64,000 nucleotides of DNA, from the NCBI GenBank assembly GCA_951406725.2, contig OX597827.1, forward strand, positions 46,438,001-46,502,000. The letters run 5' to 3'. The stretch comes from Octopus vulgaris. Taxonomy: Eukaryota. Below, in pieces: positions 53,794-64,000 of this stretch. The position numbers were made by a program, and so were the translations under genes. Within the stretch, counting starts at the first letter, position 1, and every line of letters begins with the position of its first letter. The notes under the pieces are model-generated. The model did not search any database, was not told the DNA's origin, and was given only the letters and a program-made list of their open reading frames with translations.

Positions 53794-54019
53794 AAGCATG
53801 TAAGCATGTGTGTGTTAACGAAGCTAAGGCCAGCATTTTTTTTTTAAAGGGAATGGATTAGTTGATAATCCTGACCTCAATACTTGACTGGTACTTTATT
53901 TTATCGATCACGAAAGGATAAAAGGTAAAGTCGACTTCAGTGGAATTTGAGTTCAGTACGTTTGCCGCTTCGCATTTTTGCTCAACGCTGATGTTGACGA
54001 CGATGGTGATGATGATGAC

Positions 54020-54051
<32 letters not shown>

Positions 54052-54481
54052 CCATCATCACCATCATCATCATCATCATCATGAGGCGGAGGAAGACTTC
54101 ATTTATTTGCTGCCAGGGCTTCTGATAAAGGAAACACTCAACAGGCGGATTACAAAACGAGTGTGTAGGATTTACATAGAAATCCGACAACAAAGAAGTA
54201 AAAAGAATGTGGTTAAAATAAAAAGTACATACACGAATATAAATATATCATACAGCAAACGCATATATGTGGTGCGATTCTCCATTTTAGAGCCAATTCA
54301 GGAACTCATCAAACTGAGGATCGCCCTGTCAACTAAGGGCAGGTAACTACTACCAACAGTCTCATTCATCGACATTTTTGTAGACCTGTGGTTCTCTTTG
54401 GTACCTACTATACTCAGAAGCAGGGGCGTATGTTGCGGGTGAGCACACCGATCGAAAATGCCAAATTCATTATAAACATTC

Positions 54482-54900
54482 ACTTTACTCTTTACTCTTT
54501 TACTCTTTTACTTGTTTCAGTCATTTGACTGCAGTCATGCTGGAGCACCGCCTTTAGTCGAGCAAATCGACCCCGGGACTTATTCTTTGTAAGCCCAGTA
54601 CTTATCCTATCGGTCTCTTTTTGCCGAACCGCTAAGTGACGGGGACGTAAACACACCAGCATCGGTTGTCAAGCAATGCTAGGGGGACAAACACAGACAC
54701 GCAAACACACACACACACATACATATACATATATACGACAGGCTTCTTTCAGTTTCCGTCTACCAAATCCACTCACAAGGCTTTGGTCGGCCCGGGGCTA
54801 TAGCAGAAGACACTTGCCCAAGATGCCGCACAGTAGGACTGAACCCAGAACCATGTGGTTGGTAAGCAAGCTACTTACCACACCGTCACTCCTACGCATA
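54482..54900 (-). mobile_element. SINE family A (apparently chimeric)
   Basis: Its 5' end and 5' flank match 45521-45650 in inverted orientation. Confidence 0.88.
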
Positions 54901-55190
54901 GATAACACAGATATGTTTCGGCCAAAGATTGACCTAGGTCATGTCTAACTTAACTCATTTCTACATCTGAGTGAACTAGAGAAACCTGAAATAAAATGTG
55001 TTGCTCAAGAACACAACACGCAGCCCAGTCCGGGAATAGAACTCACAACCTCACGATCGTGAGCTCAACGCTCTAACCACTGAGCCATGCGCCTTCACTT
55101 ATTGTCGATATATAACTAATTCATCGCACATAAACTTCAGCGATAAAATCTTACATGGATCCCCAACGTTATTATATAGGTCGCGGTTGA

Positions 55191-55400
55191 AGGCGGCGAG
55201 CTGGCAGAAACGGTAGCACGCCGGGCGAAATGCGTAGCCGTATTTCGTCTGCCGTTATGTTCTGAGTTCAAATTCCGCCGAGGTCGACTTTGCCTTTCAT
55301 CCTTTCGGGGTCGATAGAGTACCTGTTGCGTACTGGCTCGATCTAATCGACTGGAACCCCCTCCCCCAAAATTTCGGGCCTTGTGCCTAGAGTAGAAAAG
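55191..55400 (+). mobile_element. SINE family B with perfect 20-bp TSD
   Basis: TSD ATTATATAGGTCGCGGTTGA at 55171-55190 and 55401-55420. Confidence 0.93.
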
Positions 55401-55859
55401 ATTATATAGGTCGCGGTTGAGAACCGCTGTTGCAGATCCGTTCATTACTGTCACCCAAATTTTAAAAGAATTTCTCATGGAAGACAGCTCCCTTGGCCAG
55501 CAAAACGAATTTGTGTGTCTTCAAGTCTTTTCGGTCTTGACCACAGCACGCATATTCTCTGCCTATTATTATGACTGCTGAACAACTGTGTATGATTGAA
55601 AAGATGTCAAAACAACGAAGAAAGAAGGTAGGGTAATGGTTGGAGGAGGATAAGAACTAAGTAGAGCAACCAGAAACAGAGAGAGAAGGAGAAAGAGAGA
55701 GAGAAAGAGGGAGAGAATACGGTAATGTTATTTACGTAATGTCCATTCAACAAATTGACATTTCTCTGTCTATGTGTTGTATATGCGATACATGGTTTTA
55801 TACGTAACTCGGACGTTGTTGTTGTTGTTGTTGCTGTTCTGGTTGTTTAGCCACAGGTC

Positions 55860-56047
55860 GTTTTGACTTTGAACGTTTTGGCTTTGAACGACTTGGCTTT
55901 GCACGCTTTGATCGCTTTGGCTTTGAACGTATTGTCTTTGAACGCTTTGGCTTTGAGCGCCTTGGCTTTGAACGCTTTGGCTTTGAACGCCTTGACTTTG
56001 AACGCTTTGACTTTGAGCGCCTTGGCTTTGAACGCCTTGGCTTTGAA
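55860..56047 (+). repeat. 15-bp minisatellite (TTTGAACGCCTTGGC)n
   Basis: About 12 units, visible directly. Confidence 0.95.
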
Positions 56048-56126
56048 ATATATATTGTGTTTGTGTGTGTGGAGGCTCAATGGCCCAGTGGTTAGGGCAG
56101 CGGACTCGCGGGCGGAGGATCGATAA

Positions 56127-56194
<68 letters not shown>

Positions 56195-56360
56195 GCATAT
56201 GCATGTACGTACATATACAGCAACTGTATATGAATATATGTATACAATTGCATTGATGGACGTCATTTTCAAGGCTTGTTTATATTGCAAGCTCAGTGGC
56301 GTTTCACATTAAACTGCAATACGTTATGCAGTTCAATCTTACAGCAATGTGTGTGTGAAT

Positions 56361-56441
<81 letters not shown>

Positions 56442-56894
56442 TGTGTGTGTGTGGGGTGATTATGCGGGCTTGTATATGTGTATGCGTGTCTGTCGTCAAT
56501 GTCTCTGCCAGGTGGTAATAAACTGTAATATACACACCTACGTGCTATGGTTTTCGTTGGCATCTAATTTATCATGAATAACTACATACACACTTCCACT
56601 CATACACACATGCGCGAACGCACGAACACACACACACACACACACACACATAGGTATACAATACATTATTACTTCTTTGCCAGTAGTCAGTTTTATGACA
56701 TGCTTTCTCTACATTATTCAGCGAACCTCTCTGCCCCTTGGATATGTGCAGTGTCTTGCTTTCGCTTGGATTTTTATTATTAAAGGTATTCTACGTAATT
56801 TGTGCATAGCATTTGATTGCTGCTTTCCCTTAGTCGCATACATATTTGTAAGTATTGAGATTTAATAAATATATATAGAGAGAGTTTAAGAGTT

Positions 56895-57141
56895 GAGCCA
56901 AAGCATTCAAAGCCAATGCGTTCAAAGCCAAGGCTTTCAAAGCCAAGGCGTTCAAAGTCAATGCGTTCAAAGCCAAGGCGTGCAAAGCCAATACGTTCAA
57001 AGCCAAGACGTTCAAAGCCAAGTCGTTCAAAGCCAAAGCGTTCAAAGGCAAAGCGTTCAAAGCCAAGGCGTTCAAAGCCAAAGTGTTCAAAGCCAAGGCG
57101 TTAAAAGCCAAGGCGCTCAAAGCCAAAGCGTTCAAGCCCAA
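56895..57141 (-). repeat. Same 15-bp minisatellite, inverted, fused to a truncated SINE D (57142-57248, minus)
   Basis: About 16 units of GCCAAGGCGTTCAAA running straight into AGGTGTTTTCGCTCAATAAAC. Confidence 0.95.
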
Positions 57142-57665
57142 AGGTGTTTTCGCTCAATAAACACTCGCAACGCCCGGTCTGGGAATCGAAACCGCGATCC
57201 TACGACTGCGCGTCCGCTGCCCTAAACACTGGACCATTGTGCCTCCACTATGCAAGACCATATATTGACCAAGTAAATGATAAAAAATTATGGCACTAAA
57301 CATGGAATATTTGCCTCATCCTTCTTACTCTCTTGACCATATTTCATCTGACTGTATTCTTTTCAGATCATTGTAACATTGTTTCAAGGTAAAACAATTT
57401 ACTGATTGCGAAGTTAAAAAAATAATATTGAGTGCTTCTTTGGAATTTTTGCGCCCGGCGGATTAGTAATTTGTCAAATTTATGGGATTACGTTATTAAT
57501 AATGAGTGGGAAATATTATCTTCATTAAATATGTCAATTAAAACCAATGAAACAGTTATTGTTTTTTTTTTTCTTGTTGTTATTTTCTCATCATGAAATG
57601 CGACACGATTTTCTATCCAAAAGTATACACAAACGCACACAAACACACACACACACACACACACA

Positions 57666-57716
<51 letters not shown>

Positions 57717-57735
57717 AATGATTTAGGATAAACAT

Positions 57736-58177
57736 CGGTTTTGATTTATTTAAATTTAAAATTAATTAAATAGTTATGTATCTTAGTTATATTATATAAT
57801 TACAGAATTAAATGGTGTTTAATGCTAATTAAACAACTACTGAACCGGTTTTGATTTATTTAAATTTAAAATTAATTAAATAGTTATGTATCTTAGTTAT
57901 ATTATATAATTACAGAATTAAATGGTGTTTAATGCTAATTAAACAACTACTGAACCGGTTTTGATTTATTTAAATTTAAAATTAATTAAATAGTTATGTA
58001 TCTTAGTTATATTATATAATTACAGAATTAAATGGTGTTTAATGCTAATTAAACAACTACTGAACCGGTTTTGATTTATTTAAATTTAAAATTAATTAAA
58101 TAGTTATGTATCTTAGTTATATTATATAATTACAGAATTAAATGGTGTTTAATGCTAATTAAACAACTACTGAACCG
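57736..58177. repeat. 110-bp AT-rich tandem repeat, four identical units
   Basis: Units start at 57736, 57846, 57956 and 58066 (CGGTTTTGATTTATTT...CTACTGAAC). Confidence 0.95.
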
Positions 58178-58782
58178 AACTGAATTACGAACTATTTATG
58201 AAATTTATTCTTCTCGTCTTTTTATTGCACAAAACGTTTTAACTGATTACGTTATGCACAGGGTGCGGCAAAATGATCCGACATATTTGTAAGAGTAAGG
58301 AACTAAAATGTGCTGGAGCACCGCCTTTAGTCGGGCAAATAAACCCCAAGACTTATTCTTTTTAAGCCTAGTACTTATTCTATCGGTCTCTTTTGCCGAA
58401 CCGCTAAGTTACGGGGACGTAAACACACCAGCATCGGTTGTCAGGCGATGTTGAGAGGACAAACACGGGCACACAAATGTTCAGTACCGTATCGATCCCA
58501 AAATCTAATCAGTTCGTATCAATCGCGAAGCCAAACATTCCTGAACATTTCATCCGAATTCATCCAGCGGTTCTTGAGATATGTTGTCCAGGGACAAACA
58601 AACAAATACGACTGTAAACAATACCTCCGCCTTATATAGGGAGAATTCACGAAAAAAAAAAAAAAAAAGACGAAGACAGGTGGTGTAGAAAACAAACAGA
58701 TGTATTAGTATAACGCTCGGGAATTGTTTCGAGCCTACGCTCTTCCACAGAAAGGAACACAGAAAGAAGCAAGTAGAGAAAC

Positions 58783-58835
<53 letters not shown>

Positions 58836-59218
58836 ACACGCAAAATATGGGGGTTTAGTTCACATGTAATTTAAACGATTAGGTACGCTAGGTAAGTGCT
58901 GTAGCGGGTTACTGGGGCTCCAAGGATATAGCCGAGACGATAGTTATGGACCCATTGCAGATTTCCGATGCAGCAGATATGTAATTGTTAAAGAAGACAA
59001 CAAACGTTAAGGCAGGGCAAACATCTTTTATCCAATGTTTTCCAGTAATGATATTGTATACAACTTGAGATGTTTGCCTCGCCGTAATGTTTGTTGCCCT
59101 CTTTGACAATTATGTGTGTGTGTGTATGTGTGTGTGCGTGAGTGTGCATGTGTGTGTGTGTGTAACATGTGGTATACTTATAAATTACAAAAAAGGGCAA
59201 ATTTTAGCTATTTCTCCG

Positions 59219-60027
<809 letters not shown>

Positions 60028-60442
60028 TTATGTGCATGCGTGCATATATTTATATATATTTATTGAGAAAAAATATACATGTATACACACACATACATAT
60101 ATATATATACATACATGCATGCATATTTATACACATACGTACATACATACATATATATATATATATCATATATATATATATGCATATATATATGTGTGTG
60201 TGTATGTATGTATGTATGTATGTATGTATGTATGTATAAATATATATGTATATGGTGTGTATGCACTACGCGCGCGCGTGTGTGTGTGTATGCGCGCGTG
60301 CGCGTGTGTGTGTACAGATGATTATGCAAACGAAAGGAAAGCACACTCACAACATATTATGGAAGTTAAACGTGATTATTGAAGGGTTGACTCAACCCGG
60401 AAGTACTTGATGAATCATAGACAGATAACTACGTCCACCTCA

Positions 60443-60491
<49 letters not shown>

Positions 60492-61557
60492 CACACACAC
60501 ACACATATAATATGCAATTATATGTGTGTGTTAGACGCACATATATAATACACAATTACGTACGCATGTGTGTGTGTATGTGTGCGTAGTTCAAAGATAC
60601 ATCTCATGGAATCTCTGAGATGCATCATCAGTGACTTTTCCTGGGTCTTCAAGGGTTTCTAGTCTTTCAACATCAGATCTCCTCGTCCAGATGACCCAAC
60701 CAGGTATGACCAAGTCCTACCTTGCATCCTTGTAGCCACAACTTATTGGCCTGCAATCTTTATCCAAAGCCATCTGGTAGCCTTCACTGCAGTTTCGACG
60801 GTGGAATGTATGGCCCTCCATTCAACTACACCTTTGAACTCTAAGCTCAGTCAGAGCTTTGCATAGATGACACCATATAAGAACTCGGCAGCCTGCTTCG
60901 ATTGCAAGATTTCATATGTCATTAAAGAAGACTTCCAAGGGAATTGAAATGCTTAATATCACAAGACAAAAACTCGTGTGGTGTATTTGTCTTCTTCTTC
61001 TTCTTCTTCTTCTTCTTCTTCTTCTTCTTCTTCTTCTTCTTCTTCTTCTTCTTCCTCTACCTTCTTATCATAAAATACCCGTTAAGTCTTGGAATTGATG
61101 GTAAAAACTATCCGCCTCCCCCCCTGCTCAAAATTACTGGTCTTATTCCGGGATAAGAAACTGTTATTGAAAATAAGCGGTGAGCTGACAGAATCGTTTG
61201 TGCATCGGGAAAAAAATGCTTTGCTGCAGATGTTTCGACTCTTTGCATTCTGAGTTCAAATCCCGCCGAGGTCACTTTGGCCTTTCATCTTTTCTCGGTA
61301 GATAAATAAAGTATCACTCAAGTATTGGAACCGCTGTAATCGAACCTATACGAACCTTCTTCTTCTTCTTCTTCTTCTTCTTCTTCTTCTTCTTCTTCTT
61401 CTTCTTCTTCTTCTTCCACCTCCTCCTCCCCGCCTACTACTCTTCGTCTTCATCTTTTTGTTCTCTTTCTTCTGCGTCTTTCTTCTACTTCTTCCTTCCG
61501 TTATTTTCTTCGATCGTTAGATAGATGGGCAGCCTTCTCAATGTAACTGACTGAGTA

Positions 61558-61609
<52 letters not shown>

Positions 61610-62033
61610 ATAGCCTTAGCGTAATCCTCAAGAAGAATCAGTGTGATTCAATGAGTCTGACAAAATATAGTTCCTGTGATTCGCAAATTCAGTCCATCGT
61701 CCGAATTTCTTGTACTGTCTCCGACTTCAGCCCAATTTCATTCACAATATTTGAACCGGCCTGAGGTTTTGTAGGGAAGCGTACTTCAGTGGGAACACAT
61801 TCAAGACATCATAACTTGGTGGTGAACTTATTTAACCATTTGACCATACCTGCACCCAGCTGAATTAGTTCTTCTCAAGGAGTGCTGAAAAAAGTAAGCA
61901 AACAAATGTCATGTTTAATAAACAATTAACATGAATTTCAAAACTTTTTAAACTTGTTCAGCACCTTAGCGAGGAGAGAAGAACTTTGTGGATGCAAACA
62001 TTATTTTAGTTTTCCATTATTAAAGAGGCGGAA

Positions 62034-62668
62034 AGGCAGCGAGCTGGCAGAAACGTTAGCACGCCGGGAAAAAATGCTTAGTGGTATTTCGTCTGCCGCT
62101 ACGTTCTGATTTCAAATTCCGCCGAGGTCGACTTTGCCTTTCTTCCTTTCGGTGTCGATAAATTAAGTACCAGTTACGCACTGGGGTCGATATAATCGTC
62201 TTAATCCGTTTGTCTGTCCTTGTCTGTCCCCTCTGTGTTTAGCCCCTTGTGTGCAATAAAGAAGTAAGAATCCTTAGCACGCTGTACGAAATGCTTAGCG
62301 CTACTTCGTCTGTCGCTACGTTCTGAGTTCAAATTCCGCCGAGGTTGACTTTGCCTTTTATCTTTTTGAGGTCGATTAAATAAGTACCAGTTACGCACTG
62401 AGGTCGATATAATCGTCTTAATCCGTTTGTCTGTCCTTGTTTGTCCACTCTATGTGTAGCCCTTGTGGGCAGTAAAAAAATAGGTATTTTGCCCGTCGCT
62501 ACGTTCTAAGTTCAAATTCTGCCGAGGTCGACTTTGCCTTTCATCCTTTCGGAGTCGATAAGATAACTACCAGTTGGGTACTGGGGTCGATGTAATTGAC
62601 TGGCACCCTTCCCCGCCCCTCCCCCTACAAAAAAATTTCAGGCTTTCTGCCTACTGAAGAAAGGATTA
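62034..62668 (+). mobile_element. Concatemer of three SINE B units, followed by two older B copies to about 63135
   Basis: Units restart near 62268 and 62483 at the same internal positions as in the 21699 array. Confidence 0.88.
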
Positions 62669-63157
62669 TTAAAGAGGTGGAAAGTAGTGATATGGTAAAA
62701 TCGTTAGGACATTGGAACAAAGAAAAGCTTTGTGGTATTTTGTTTGATTCTTTACATTCTGAGTTCAAACTATCGAGTCACCTTTACCTTTTATCCTTTC
62801 GGATTCTTTAAACTAAAGTAATCGTTTATGTACTGGAGTCAACGTAAATGATCAACCCCATAACCTTAAATCTGCTGACCATACACCTATATTAGAAACC
62901 GTTATCAAAGAGAAAAAAGGCATCGAGTAAGCAGAATCGTGACAGCGTCAGGAAAAAGTGCTTTGCAGTATTTTTGGCGGGGAATTTTTACATTCTAAGT
63001 TCAGATCCCGTCGAGGTCCACTCCATCTTTCACCCTATCAGCAGCATCGATAAAATGTAGGACCAGTCGACTGTATCGGCTAATCCCTTCCCTTTCAAAA
63101 TTACTGGCCTTCTGCTTAAATCAGAAATCATTACTGGAAGAAGCGAGTAAAAGATTT

Positions 63158-63469
63158 CGTTTTTGGATTTGGTTTGCAAGATTCTTTGCGTCTGGGGAGA
63201 GTCATTTTCTTTTTGTGCCTTAAAATTTAACACACTCACCGGTAAAATTTCCACTTCTTTTATTTATTTATTTTTTTCCTAAAATTTTCGTTACGTCGTG
63301 CAACCTTTTCAATAGTCTTGCAACCTTTTCAAGAGTCAAGACTACAGAAAAGGTTGCAAGGCGCAACGAAAATTTTAGGAAAATAAAAATAAGAAATAAG
63401 TGGAAATTTTACCGGTGAGTATGTTAAATTATAAGGCACAAAAAGAAAATGACTCTCCCCAGACACAAC
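63158..63469. mobile_element. Fold-back element with 14-bp TSD
   Basis: TSD CGAGTAAAAGATTT at 63144-63157 and 63470-63483. Inverted arms of about 130 bp; the left arm is longer. Same family as the insert at about 7670-7895. Confidence 0.85.
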
Positions 63470-63593
63470 CGAGTAAAAGATTTTTCACACATATTTTTCT
63501 GACGTGATGGTCGTGTTGAACGTGATTGTGGTGGTGGATGGTGTTTATATTTCTCAGTTTATGAAGCGCTGAGTTAACGTACAGCACCACACA

Positions 63594-63659
<66 letters not shown>

Positions 63660-64000
63660 TTCTCTTTCTCTTTCTCTCTCTCTCTTTCTTTCTTTCTCTC
63701 TCTCTCACATACACGCGCGCGCTCGCGTATACACAAGTGTTTGCGAAATGGCGGATGAGAACCAATTTGTCCAGATATCATGGCTTTTTGTCCGAGCTGG
63801 AGTGGTATGGAACAAACTAACAAACAAGAGAAACTAACAAACCAACCAGCGAACAAATGAACGAACGAACGCAATTGCTATAAAAGCTGACACGCCATAT
63901 GTACTTGAAGGACTCGTGTAGCATTTAAGGAGATGTTTGAGACGAGATGTACTCGCTCAACGTCGTTGGCACAAACAAGATAAAACTGGCTTGCTTTCTG

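Noticed and set aside
53978-54346. Poly-Asp/poly-His ORF
   Set aside because: It is a (GAT)n(CAT)n microsatellite next to a decayed SINE B.
55770-57225. SQGVQ, ALNAL and SKPRR repeat proteins (structural or protamine-like)
   Set aside because: All frames are open only because of the 15-bp period. The starts lie in microsatellite or use non-ATG codons, and there is no exon evidence.
63740-63840. AAATGGCGG (YY1-like or start-codon context) as a gene start
   Set aside because: The frame closes after about 30 codons and there is no supporting promoter or splice evidence.

Overview
AT-rich, extremely microsatellite-dense eukaryotic non-coding DNA (intron or intergenic). No host protein-coding gene can be supported; almost all listed ORFs are translations of (TA)n, (CA)n, (GA)n, (GATA)n or (CATA)n runs. 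The SINE and microsatellite make-up resembles an octopus (coleoid cephalopod) genome. That is recall, not a database result. The window is a transposon graveyard. It holds at least four tRNA-derived SINE families (labelled A-D here), 5'-truncated non-LTR retrotransposons of several clades (RTE, Tx1/L1, CR1/L2, R4/Dong-like, HERO-like, Penelope), Tc1/mariner remnants and MITEs (pogo, hAT, Merlin-like, piggyBac-like, Helentron-like). The strongest signals are: (1) short non-coding elements carrying Penelope-type minimal hammerhead ribozyme motifs and lopsided fold-back ends, including one with a tRNA-like head (a candidate SINE mobilised by Penelope); (2) a Tx1-clade LINE whose two independent copies both sit inside (GATA)n, suggesting microsatellite targeting; (3) a young RTE insertion with an inverted piece of its endonuclease N-terminus; (4) several local templated duplications and minisatellites fused to truncated SINEs. 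Clade assignments come from motif recognition by eye and need HMM/BLAST confirmation.
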